Part shown: piece by piece, positions 1 through 8,019 of the stretch
Layout of the letters: every line of letters begins with the position of its first letter
Position numbering within the stretch: the first letter of the stretch is position 1
Source of the DNA: Candidatus Multivoradales bacterium
Lineage (GTDB): Bacteria; Acidobacteriota; Thermoanaerobaculia; Multivoradales; J023
Direction: 5' to 3'
Length of the DNA stretch: 29,517 nt
Assembly (NCBI GenBank): GCA_965248925.1
Contig: CBDFLE010000001.1
Location: forward strand, 1-29,517
Notes under the pieces: generated by a model
The model's database searches: none
Seen by the model: only the letters and a program-made list of their open reading frames with translations
What the model was told of the DNA's origin: nothing
Translations under genes and position numbers: made by a program

Positions 1-1024
1 GCTGCATCACCTCCTGCAGGCTAACCCCGGCCCTGCCAGCCGAGGTGACAAAGCCAGACCTCAGCGAATGCCCGCTGTAGTCGGCCGGATCGAGCCCGGC
101 ACGCAGCGCCCGGTATTTGACGATCTCGGCCAGGGAGCGGGGCACCATGGCGCGGCTGGCGAGATGGCCATGGCGATCGATGGCGCGAAAGACCGCCCCA
201 GCCGTGATGCCGGCGATCTGGAGCCAGGTGGTTAGCGCCTCGGCCGCGCGGCCGGCGATGGGGTAGGTCTCCTGGCCGCTGCCGTCTTGGTTGGTCTTGG
301 AGTAGCGGAGCGTCCAAACATATTCGCCAGCGTCGTCGCGGAGATCCTCGACACAGAGGGACACGGCCTCGGAACGCCGGCGGCCGCCGGCGGCCCAGGT
401 GACCAGGAGTAGAGCCCGGTCGCGGTAAGCGGCGAGCCGATCGCGCGCATCACCCACCTCGATATCCACCTCACAGGTCCTGAGCAGCCCCTCGAGCCGA
501 TCGAGGGTGAGCGCTTTCTTCTGCCGCTGGCCTCCCTTCCGCGCGCGTTGCCGGCGCGCCGCGGCGAGCAGCTCGCGGCATCGCGGATCGGTGGCCGGCG
601 ACTCGCACCCCGTGGCCTGATGCGCTTTGCTCAGATGGCTCACACGGGCCTCGATCGTCGCCAGGGTATGCGTACCCGGCCGCTTGCGGCCTTCGGCCTG
701 TAGCGCGATGTCCACGGCCTCGGGCAGGCCGTTGAGGTGACTCTCGATGAAGTCCAAAAGTAACGCCGGCGCGACCGGGTAATGCTCCTCGAGGCCGTGG
801 GCGAGCCGTAGCCAGGCCACCCAATAGCGCCTGGCCTTCAGCCGCGCCTTGCGGGTGCCCTCGGGGATCTGCTCGCGGATGAACTCCTCCGCCCGCCGCT
901 GGGCGTCCGTGGCCACCAGCTCGGCGCGTTCGTCGGCCCGGCGCTGGCCGCCCTCCCTCGGGTCGACCAGGTCGAGGACCTCGACGCTCAGCGCCTCGGA
1001 CTCTGCCGGCGATCGCCGCGTCAC
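1..1024 (-). CDS. Tyrosine recombinase, TnpS/Cre-like (3' end cut off by the window edge; full copy at 18656-19768)
   Basis: Same sequence as the 370-aa ORF in the second copy; GTG start at 1024. Confidence 0.9.
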   Translation of the reverse strand, partial: MTRRSPAESEALSVEVLDLVDPREGGQRRADERAELVATDAQRRAEEFIREQIPEGTRKARLKARRYWVAWLRLAHGLEEHYPVAPALLLDFIESHLNGLPEAVDIALQAEGRKRPGTHTLATIEARVSHLSKAHQATGCESPATDPRCRELLAAARRQRARKGGQRQKKALTLDRLEGLLRTCEVDIEVGDARDRLAAYRDRALLLVTWAAGGRRRSEAVSLCVEDLRDDAGEYVWTLRYSKTNQDGSGQETYPIAGRAAEALTTWLQIAGITAGAVFRAIDRHGHLASRAMVPRSLAEIVKYRALRAGLDPADYSGHSLRSGFVTSAGRAGVSLQEVMQ

Positions 1025-1272
1025 GGCCGCAGTCCCCCGGAGCGCTGCACCTGCTGGATATGTGGGCAGCGGGCACGGCGATAGATCCAGCTGGGGCAGC
1101 TACATCCCCACTGCCGGCCGCCGGCCGAGAGTGCGACGGTGTAGACCCTGCCGGGGTGGGACCGGCTCTTGACGGCCCACCGCTGGCCCCAGGGGTCAGC
1201 GAGTCGAGGCGCCTCGCAGAGCGGGAGCTGCTCGCCGGGGGGTCCTTGTGGGCTGTGTGTTGTGGCTCTCAC
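1021..1272 (-). CDS. Small SWIM zinc-finger protein (~83 aa)
   Basis: YTVAL...WGCSCPSWIYRRARCPHI matches SWIM CxC-xn-CxH. In-frame GTG at 1272 (start uncertain). Its TGA overlaps the recombinase GTG (GTGA, 1021-1024). Confidence 0.75.
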   Translation of the reverse strand: MRATTHSPQGPPGEQLPLCEAPRLADPWGQRWAVKSRSHPGRVYTVALSAGGRQWGCSCPSWIYRRARCPHIQQVQRSGGLRP

Positions 1273-1381
1273 TTCCGTAAATTCTATATTAACGGAAGGG
1301 AGAAGGCAAGCCTGTTGAGACGACGGCTGAAGAGCGCGTTGGCGAAGGCTAGCTTTTTGCGGGGGAGGCCAAGGAGTCTCT

Positions 1382-1603
1382 CTATCTAAAGACAGCTGTC
1401 GCAATACTGATGAGACTGATGACGATGCTGACGATAGTGATCCGATTGGATGTTTTTCGCCACCAAGGCTCTCTCTCCGGCAACATCTTCTTGTAGACAA
1501 AGAACTTCTCCAAAGAATCGTCTTGATCAGCGATCTCCATGACGGTCTCCCGCTCTTGATAGACCTCACGAATCACAAGGGAGCGGCGTAGGCGTACGTC
1601 CAT
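1382..1603 (-). CDS. Small protein with a C-terminal transmembrane helix (73 aa)
   Basis: ATG with purine-rich upstream sequence, charged N-terminus, hydrophobic tail ITIVSIVISLISIATAVF; lies in a visibly AT-richer segment. Confidence 0.6.
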   Translation of the reverse strand: MDVRLRRSLVIREVYQERETVMEIADQDDSLEKFFVYKKMLPEREPWWRKTSNRITIVSIVISLISIATAVFR

Positions 1604-1966
1604 AGTTTCGTTTTCCCTGTTGGGTGTGGATGGGGAGCGCTTCCCCGAGAGAGAACATTAGACCATTCTTTTTACCAAAAATTAACGCATAAAACACACA
1701 CCCTATCTCCATAATTAGTCTTGTTTTTTGAGTGTTTTATTGGTACGGTTCCACTCCGGTCTAAGTGGCGGGGGTTCAATTCCCCCTTGCGTAGACTATT
1801 TCTGTGGGTTTGGTAGCCGCGTCATGGTTGTGAGTAGCTACCTTTCCGAAGAGAACAGGATTCACGGATCAGAAAAAGCGTTCACGGTGCCAACAAGTAG
1901 GCAGGGGTGTATCTACGGCCCCGCTGCCGGCCGACGCTGACGACGCTGACGACGAGAGGAGCTACG

Positions 1967-2228
1967 ATGGGATTGGCAAAGACCCAGCGAACCGGACAGG
2001 TTTCAAGGGAGCGGCGTGAAGAAGCGGCGGCGGCTTACCTTCTCGATACCGGAAAAGCTCTTCGAAGAGATCAATGCCTTGGCCGAGGCTACCGACGAGT
2101 CGATGACCGAGGTCTTCAAGAAGTCCATCAAGTGGTATTCGTTCATCCAGGAGTGCGAGGAGGAGGGAAAGCGCCTATACCTTGGATCCTCTCCGGAGAA
2201 GATAGAGCTTGAAATAAGACCTCTCTAA
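1967..2228 (+). CDS. Ribbon-helix-helix (CopG-like) DNA-binding protein; this copy has a +1 C near 1983
   Basis: GAGAGGAG SD before ATG 1967; RRLTFSIPEKLFEEINALA...MTEVFKKSI is an RHH pattern; the frame is intact (86 aa) in copy 2. Confidence 0.75.
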
Positions 2229-2425
2229 GTGCTTGTTTTAGAGTTGTTTAAGGGTCAAGCTTGGCCGTGCTAAGAATTGCTGCTTGCCGGTAATCCATCA
2301 CCAATCTCTTGGTTGACCGCCGGTGCGATAACACCGGGCGGGGCGGCCTCGGTTTCGCATCACCGGTGCGCCTGGCCGAGGCGTACTCGCCATCGGCGGC
2401 GGCTCATCCTCCAACATCAACGACT

Positions 2426-2594
2426 CCGGTCGAGGCGCTGACCGTGCCGTTCGACGGCGGCCGAGCTCGATTTCGACAACATCATCACCGACCCGGCCAT
2501 GGTGCCGATCGAGGCGCTGACCGTGGCGGCCGAGCTCGATTTCGACAACATCATCACCGACTCGGCCAAGGTGCCGGTCGAGGCGCTGACCGTG
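2426..2594 (+). repeat. 69-bp near-perfect tandem repeat (2 copies) plus a third partial 21-bp copy
   Basis: ggcggccgagctcgatttcgacaacatcatcaccgac... starts at 2456 and 2525; ccg(g/a)tcgaggcgctgaccgtg occurs at 2426, 2505 and 2574. Confidence 0.9.
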
Positions 2595-2708
2595 CTGGTC
2601 GACACCGACCCGGTGCTGGTCGTCGAACGGCTAGGGCCTGTTCGGCTTCTTCGTCAACATCGTCGCCGGGGCGGCGCTCGCCAGTAAAGGCCACACCCGG
2701 CGGGGCTG

Positions 2709-3071
2709 TCAGAACCCGCCGCTCGGCGGGAACGTTAAGGCTTTCGCTCGGCGCTTCGCGGCGAGCCAGGCATTCACCCCTACATCGCCGTAGCAGCTCG
2801 CGGACAGGTAGCCGGCCATCAGCTCGACCGCGGCCCGGTCAGCCTCCAACAGATCGGCGAACGTGAGCCCTTGGTGCCCTCTCCAGATCGCCCACGCCGC
2901 CAGCGCTAAGGTCTTCTCCATCGGTGGCGCTTCGTCGAGGTCGGCGGCGTGCTCATAGGCGGGCGGCTCCGAGCCGTTAGCAGTCCAGAGGTCAGGGCGG
3001 CCGAGCCGATCAAAGATCAGCCTGCAGACGGCCGAACGCAGCGGCTCAGATACTCTCTGGCCGCCACTCAC
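2709..3071 (-). CDS. Hypothetical helical protein (120 aa)
   Basis: Protein-like composition (LWTANG, LALAAWAIWRG, VNAWLA). GTG at 3071 overlaps the upstream ORF stop (GTGA) in copy 2. Confidence 0.7.
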   Translation of the reverse strand: MSGGQRVSEPLRSAVCRLIFDRLGRPDLWTANGSEPPAYEHAADLDEAPPMEKTLALAAWAIWRGHQGLTFADLLEADRAAVELMAGYLSASCYGDVGVNAWLAAKRRAKALTFPPSGGF

Positions 3072-3345
3072 TGCCGCACCCCGCCAGCCGGCAAAGAACG
3101 GCCGTTCTAGGGACATTGCCGCCGAGCGCGACAGCTCGCCGGTCGACAGCCTGAATCAGGTCAAGGATGGGTGCCCGTTGGTGAACGACGCGCAGCGCTC
3201 CGGTTAGCTCGGCCAACTCCGACCACGCCACCGGCAGACGTGACCACAGCAGCACGGCGCCGGCGTTTGCCTTTTGCGCAGCTTGGGGCTCGAGCAGCGG
3301 CCAGGCGGCCGCGTGTCCGTCCTCGAGGGTGATCGCCGAACACGC
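3068..3345 (-). pseudogene. Truncated paralogue of the 11844-12344 RadC/JAB-like gene (frameshifted here, open in copy 2)
   Basis: KANAGAVLLWS...APILDLIQAVDGELSRS aligns with QVNAGALLLWS...FPVLDVVEVVPGEPARS. Confidence 0.6.
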
Positions 3346-3353
3346 CGCCGGGT

Positions 3354-3491
3354 GGCCAGGCGGTCAGCGGAGCGGCTCTGTCCACTCGGGCCGACCAGCT
3401 CCCCCGGCCGGTGCTCCGTGGTCGAGATCGACCGGCTGCCGAGCGTCGACCCACCGCGCCCTACCCAGCCTTCCAGGATGCTCGGAGATCC
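3354..3491 (-). repeat. Diverged copy of the ~135-bp non-coding element at 16974-17107 (inverted)
   Basis: Shared ordered blocks ggatct(c/t)cgagcatcctg ... gggcg(c/t)ggtg ... ccacgg ... cgag(t/a)gga(c/t)agagc ... cgctgaccgcct(g/a)gcc. Confidence 0.8.
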
Positions 3492-3597
3492 TCATCAGCG
3501 GCCCGTTGATTCGACCCCGACCGGAAGCCGCACAGACTCCCCCCTCTCTGGATCTTCAGAGTCTTGCTTTGGAGCGCGCAAGCGCGGAAAAGAAGCC

Positions 3598-3639
3598 GGT
3601 CAAGTGGTGCGGACGCGATAGCGTATGTATCACTTGGCC
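3598..3639 (-). other. Candidate second oriT-like structure
   Basis: Outer IR ggtcaagtg/cacttggcc encloses hairpin acgc-gata-gcgt, followed on the minus strand by (t)ccgc. Layout and position relative to the shared 54-bp motif resemble 12844-12895. Confidence 0.35.
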
Positions 3640-3776
3640 ACCGCTTCGCTCTTTCTGCAATCAACTAATCCAGACCTACCCCCCCCTCCCCCGGCAAACT
3701 CGCGGCGGGTGGCCGGGAGCTGCGGCCCGATCACCACCTGGTGCGGGTCCGGAGATTCCGCCCGCCCCTCGGCCCC

Positions 3777-3834
3777 GGAACGCTCAGGGTTCAATCTCCT
3801 CACTCTCACCCCTCCACCGGACAGCCCACCCAAC
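3777..3834 (-). repeat. Inverted copy of the pre-oriT motif at 12744-12797
   Basis: 50 of 54 aligned bases are identical, plus a 4-nt insertion (hand alignment). Confidence 0.9.
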
Positions 3835-3866
3835 CCGCCCGGAACCCACGAAGCGAAGAGGAAGCC

Positions 3867-5168
3867 TTACGGTGTTTGCTCACCCGGCAACCGCACCCGC
3901 CGCACTCCACGGGCTAGCCCGATCCGGTGCGGCAGGTGTTCACCCTCGATCCAGGCGATCACCTGACGGTCGAGCAACTTGCGCAGCTCGGCCACGGCCG
4001 ACACCAAGCCCGCCTCGGTCCAGATCTCGACTTCACCGGCCCATTCCCCATCTGTGCCGCCGTCACGGGCCGCCAGCGGCCGCCAGACGAGCAGAGGCAC
4101 CCGTAGGGCCGCGAGGTAGGCCCGCGCCTGCTGTGGCGTCAAGGTGCTGGAGTCCTGAAGCCGGCCGGAGCGAATCAGAATCACCGCCCGTGGCCGAGCC
4201 GAGCCCGCAGCCACGTAGCCTGCCATGGCCACGGCATCGGCGATCCGCTGCGCGCCTTGCGGGTATTCCCGGCCGATGATGTACCGATTGGTCATCGACT
4301 CAAGGATCGATAGCCGGCCACCCTCCGAGATGTCCGCCGACACCGGCAGATCTATCAGCGAGCGCAAGGCTGGTGGTTCCTCGGTGAGGATCACCCGCAG
4401 GCGATCGCCAGGGCGAACGCCGCGAAGGTCTCGGCCGTGGATATCTCCGTAGATTGCGCCACGGCGTGACCGCATATGGCGGTGAAGATCGAGCAGGCTC
4501 TCGAGGTTCCATTCGGAACCCTCACGCACGATCAAGACCTCCGCCCGCCCGGTGTCGATCGCCGCGACCTCGGCGGCCTGGCCGTCGACCGTGAGCACCA
4601 CGGCCAGGTCGTCGGCCGCGGGATGCCGGCGACGGTCCCAGAGGACGGGAACAGCGGTCAAGCGGCTGTCGGTGGTGTCATGGTACTCGCCGCCCAGGTA
4701 GGCTACTGCCTGAGCCCTGAGGGTGTCTGAGAACTCGACCTCACCCACCAGCAAGCCGCGCCGTACCGGCAGCTCTACTCGGCCCCTCCGATCGACCTCT
4801 AGCGGCTCACCATCGAGCGCCACAGCCACCGAACGCGGCACCGCTCCAGAGCGCTCTTCCCAGATCAGCCGCGCCCCGACAGGCTCCACCACAAAGCGCG
4901 CCTCGACCTGCGCACCGGGCAGGTTGACCAGCTCGCGGGCGGTAGCGATCTGTTGGCCGTTGCTGTTGGTGGCCACCGCCACCAGCTCGCGCGGTAGGAG
5001 AGCCGCGCCGAAGTTGCATTCGACCTCAAACGGTGCTCGGCGATCGACGCCGCAGACTTCCCCATCGAGGCGGATCTCTACGGCCGCCACGTCCGCCGCG
5101 GTGACGGCAACGGCGACCGGCTGAGGCCCGGTCAGAAGGCCGAGGAACAGGCCGAGGAATTCAATCAA
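3867..5168 (-). CDS. Hypothetical protein with N-terminal Ig-like domain(s) and a degenerate VWA-like C-terminal domain (433 aa)
   Basis: VAAVEIRLDGE...APFEVECNFG...ELVAVAT is bacterial Ig-like; RIADAVAMAG...RPRAVILI recalls VWA helix/strand motifs. TTG start overlaps the upstream TGA (TTGA). Domain calls are by eye. Confidence 0.7.
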   Translation of the reverse strand: MIEFLGLFLGLLTGPQPVAVAVTAADVAAVEIRLDGEVCGVDRRAPFEVECNFGAALLPRELVAVATNSNGQQIATARELVNLPGAQVEARFVVEPVGARLIWEERSGAVPRSVAVALDGEPLEVDRRGRVELPVRRGLLVGEVEFSDTLRAQAVAYLGGEYHDTTDSRLTAVPVLWDRRRHPAADDLAVVLTVDGQAAEVAAIDTGRAEVLIVREGSEWNLESLLDLHRHMRSRRGAIYGDIHGRDLRGVRPGDRLRVILTEEPPALRSLIDLPVSADISEGGRLSILESMTNRYIIGREYPQGAQRIADAVAMAGYVAAGSARPRAVILIRSGRLQDSSTLTPQQARAYLAALRVPLLVWRPLAARDGGTDGEWAGEVEIWTEAGLVSAVAELRKLLDRQVIAWIEGEHLPHRIGLARGVRRVRLPGEQTP

Positions 5169-5878
5169 TGTCTTTCAAATGGGAGTAGTGAGAACGAAAG
5201 AAACACTGTTCGGCCAGGGCTCGGCAGAGTTGCCTTATCGAAGCGGAACATAGAGCGCAGATTCAGCCCGACATAGGCGAACAGCGGCGCCCCGTCGACC
5301 TCTCGCAACACCGGCCGTATCAGATGCCCGTCAACGTCTACGTCAGCGTAGAACGTCAGGCGACCATCTAGGCCGTGCAGTGTCGCCAGAGCGGAAAGCT
5401 GGTCCGCTTCCGTGGGCATCTTGGGTCGGCGATGTAAGGCCCTGAGCTGCTCGACTGTCGTTCCCGCCTCCACCTTCCCAAGCTGTGACGAATCGAGCGC
5501 GTCGATCAGCGGTCGGAGTTGCTCCGCTTCGAGCAGCTCGCGGACCTCGACCGGGTAGGCGTCGAGCGCGGGCATCTCGCCGCCGGGGTTGATGTTCATG
5601 GCGACATGCCAGAACCACCGGGCGGCGCGATGGTCACCAGCACCGGCCAAGCCTATCGCCTTGACAGCCGAGAGCCTGGCCACGTCCTCGGCCGAGATCT
5701 TGGCGTTTCGGTCGGAGGCTACCAGCGAGCTTTCAAGTTTCTTGACGACTCGCGCGGAGGCTTTCCAGTTGCCCGCTGATAGATAGGTTTCTGCCTGCTC
5801 CAAACGGGGAGCCACCGGCGCAGCCTGAGCCGCGCCAGCAGCTACCAAGAACAGGCTGATGCCTAGTCGCCGGTACAC
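5165..5878 (-). CDS. Exported protein: signal peptide, helical (TPR-like) region, TonB C-terminal-like domain (~237 aa)
   Basis: GTG 5878 gives MYRRLGISLFLVAAGAAQA|APV. The C-terminus GRLTFYADVDVDGHLIRPVL...FRFDKATL...VFLSF fits the TonB_C pattern GxVxVxxxIDxxG...WRFxPA. Confidence 0.65.
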   Translation of the reverse strand: MYRRLGISLFLVAAGAAQAAPVAPRLEQAETYLSAGNWKASARVVKKLESSLVASDRNAKISAEDVARLSAVKAIGLAGAGDHRAARWFWHVAMNINPGGEMPALDAYPVEVRELLEAEQLRPLIDALDSSQLGKVEAGTTVEQLRALHRRPKMPTEADQLSALATLHGLDGRLTFYADVDVDGHLIRPVLREVDGAPLFAYVGLNLRSMFRFDKATLPSPGRTVFLSFSLLPFERH

Positions 5879-6084
5879 CGTCGTGTTGAGGTTTGGCTGA
5901 TGAGCACGCCGTCCACATAGACCACGGTAAGAACATCGAAACAGACGATCGAGGACCCCGGAATCACCCAAGAATCACCGATCATTTCTTCGGTGCAAGG
6001 CCCGTGCGGCGAGCACTGCGCGAATGCTGCCACCGGAGTCAGCATCAAGCTGAGTACCAAGGTCAGGGCTACGAATAGTTTCAT
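5863..6084 (-). CDS. Small secreted 4-Cys peptide (73 aa; ~51 aa mature)
   Basis: Strong SD AAGGAG; Sec signal MKLFVALTLVLSLMLTPVAAFA|Q; four Cys in the mature part. Confidence 0.85.
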   Translation of the reverse strand: MKLFVALTLVLSLMLTPVAAFAQCSPHGPCTEEMIGDSWVIPGSSIVCFDVLTVVYVDGVLISQTSTRRCTGD

Positions 6085-6145
6085 TCTTCTTACTCCTTTT
6101 CAGGACTTCGACGCTGTTCCCTGACGTCAGTTAATAGGTGTCTTT

Positions 6146-6175
6146 CTTATATCTCCGTGGCAGCGTGACTGTCAA
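6146..6175 (-). promoter_or_regulatory. Candidate sigma70 promoter of the peptide operon
   Basis: TTGACA (6175-6170), 18-bp spacer, TATAAG (6151-6146); perfect palindrome ctgacgtcag at 6121-6130 just downstream. Confidence 0.5.
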
Positions 6176-6325
6176 TCATAGATGCGAAGAAAAAGATGAT
6201 TCCTTGATCCAAAGCGAGCCGACCAGAGTTCTGATACCCTGGCCCCTCTTTTGTGCTGATATTGCTTTCATCGAGCCTGCCGGCAGGACATCCAACCTCG
6301 AACCCCGTTTCTGGAGGATGTCCAA

Positions 6326-6604
6326 ATGCCGAGGAAATCTCTGAACCGCTGCTTACTTGCCGCCTTTCTGCTCGGCTTGGTGGCCCTTGCTGTTCACGCC
6401 CGCCTCTATCTCTGGCGAACCGCTATCCAGGCCCCAGATTCTGCGCCAGCGGCATTGACCCACGGATCTCTCGCCGCTGACTCTGACGGACTGGCTCTGA
6501 CGCTACTGGAACCACCACCAGAGTCGGCTGCAACGCCGACAACCTCAGCGGCGCGGAAAGCGCCGCGTGCATCGCGCCCCCTTCGCTTGCTCTTCAGCGG
6601 CTGA
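6326..6604 (+). CDS. Small membrane-anchored or exported hypothetical protein (92 aa)
   Basis: GGAGG SD; basic N-terminus followed by hydrophobic CLLAAFLLGLVALAVHA. Confidence 0.55.
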   Translation: MPRKSLNRCLLAAFLLGLVALAVHARLYLWRTAIQAPDSAPAALTHGSLAADSDGLALTLLEPPPESAATPTTSAARKAPRASRPLRLLFSG

Positions 6605-6807
6605 GCGAGTCCCCTGGCCTCTCTTCAAGCGCGCCGGTCCCTCTTCTCGATCGCCTTGGATCTCGCGGGCATTGGCTAGCGGCGTTTGCCCGCCCTTCTT
6701 CGCACCTAATCTGCGTTCGGCGGGTGACAGAATCTCTTTGGGAGGCAGTCTGTCATCTTGCCTCTTTTTTGGCAGCGCGCTGCCCCACTGAGTTGGTGAC
6801 TCGATGC

Positions 6808-6850
6808 GTATGCTAAATAGCGCCTTAGCTACTGTGTTATGCTGCTATTT
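6808..6850. promoter_or_regulatory. Putative centromere/operator repeats upstream of parA
   Basis: Clustered TAGC/GCTA motifs; tgtgttatgc (6833-6842) is the exact reverse complement of 7947-7956. Confidence 0.55.
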
Positions 6851-6877
6851 ATCCAAATAACTAGGAGAGATTCCGCG

Positions 6878-7630
6878 ATGAGAATTGCAGTCACGAACCA
6901 GAAAGGCGGCGCGGGCAAGACCACCACAGCCGTCAGCCTAGCCGCCGCCCTAGCCGGGATGGGCCACCGATGCCTGTTGATCGACCTCGACCCACAGGCG
7001 AGCGCGTCACGATGGTTGGGGGTCGAGGGCGGGCGAGAGTTTCTCGATGTCTTGGGTGAGGACGGCAAGGTGGCCGACCTGGTGAAGCCGACCGGAGTCA
7101 AGAACCTCGACCTGGTGCCATCGTCGCTCTACCTGGGCCAGGTGGAACGAACACTCGCAACGGAGCCTGGCGCGGAAAAGATCCTTGGACAATGCATGCA
7201 GGGACTTCGCGGCTGGTCTTACATCTTTATCGACCTACCGCCAGCGGTGGGGCTACTGTCGTTCATGGGGTTGACCGCCGCAGACTGCGCTCTGGTGGCG
7301 TGCGAATCATCCGCCGATGGAGTTGCCGGCCTAGCTGCGGTGACCTCTACTCTGGCCAAGGTCCGCGAGCGCTGCAATCCGAAGCTCTCGCTGTTGGGGG
7401 TCTTGCAATGTCGCGCCAACATGCAGACTCGGCTTGCAAGGCAGGTTCGCGAGCACCTGCAGGCGACGTTCAACGGTAAGACCTTCAATACGGTGATCCG
7501 CCAGGATGTCCGGATGACCGAATGTCTCGGCGCTGGCGAACCCATCGGCCACTATGCGCCGGGCTGCAACTCGGCCATCGACTATGAAGCGCTCGCTACG
7601 GAGATCCTCGGGAGCACCGGCCATGCCTAA
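6878..7630 (+). CDS. parA: ParA/Soj-family partition ATPase (type Ib, no N-terminal HTH)
   Basis: Deviant Walker A NQKGGAGKTT, IDLDPQAS, Walker B-like IFIDLPP; AGGAGA SD before ATG 6878. Confidence 0.95.
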   Translation: MRIAVTNQKGGAGKTTTAVSLAAALAGMGHRCLLIDLDPQASASRWLGVEGGREFLDVLGEDGKVADLVKPTGVKNLDLVPSSLYLGQVERTLATEPGAEKILGQCMQGLRGWSYIFIDLPPAVGLLSFMGLTAADCALVACESSADGVAGLAAVTSTLAKVRERCNPKLSLLGVLQCRANMQTRLARQVREHLQATFNGKTFNTVIRQDVRMTECLGAGEPIGHYAPGCNSAIDYEALATEILGSTGHA

Positions 7631-7919
7631 ACCGATCCACTTAGCCACGCCGACCTCTGACGCCATCGATGGTCTGCTGTCCGATACACCCGCGCGTAGA
7701 GTGCGCAGAGCCTCCCAACAGAACCCCGCCTCTCGGCGAAAGAAGGCCACCACGGCAGCAAAACGCCGACAGGTGGCAGACGGGCACCGCCGAACAACAC
7801 TAGACCTTCCAGCTGACCTTCATGAGCGGTTACGTAGGGCTGCTTTCGAGACGGACCGCTCGATCAAATCCATCTTGGTCGAAGCCGCTGGTCCGTGGCT
7901 CAAAGAGGCTGGTTATTGA
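7623..7919 (+). CDS. ParG-like ribbon-helix-helix centromere-binding protein (98 aa)
   Basis: Overlaps the parA stop; basic unstructured N-terminus and C-terminal RTTLDLPADLHERLRRAAFETDRSIKSILVEA. Confidence 0.85.
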   Translation: MPKPIHLATPTSDAIDGLLSDTPARRVRRASQQNPASRRKKATTAAKRRQVADGHRRTTLDLPADLHERLRRAAFETDRSIKSILVEAAGPWLKEAGY

Positions 7920-7960
7920 GCTATGGCGTTACATAGCAACATAGTTGCATAACACAACTA
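7920..7960. repeat. Putative centromere: 8-bp periodic repeats downstream of the par operon
   Basis: gttacata gcaacata gttgcata in tandem (7928-7951). Confidence 0.6.
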
Positions 7961-8019
7961 CGAGTGGAGTGACTACTACAAACAGGGTGGCAGGTGTCCG
8001 GCACTTGGGGAGAGGGAGG

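Noticed and set aside
1273-1569. N-terminal extension of the 182-aa SWIM ORF
   Set aside because: It overlaps the 73-aa TM gene in another frame and is Ser-rich and non-protein-like; the start was moved to GTG 1272.
1681-1735. Possible XerC/D dif-like site (gcataa / ccataa motifs)
   Set aside because: No acceptable TTATGTTAAAT-like XerD arm at 6-8 bp spacing.
2426-2594. 69-bp repeats as a CRISPR array or a DGR template/variable repeat pair
   Set aside because: The copies are contiguous with no unique spacers, differences are not adenine-specific, and no reverse transcriptase is present.
3329-4279. 316-aa Pro/Arg-rich plus-strand ORF and similar long antisense ORFs
   Set aside because: Typical high-GC shadow ORFs opposite better-supported genes.
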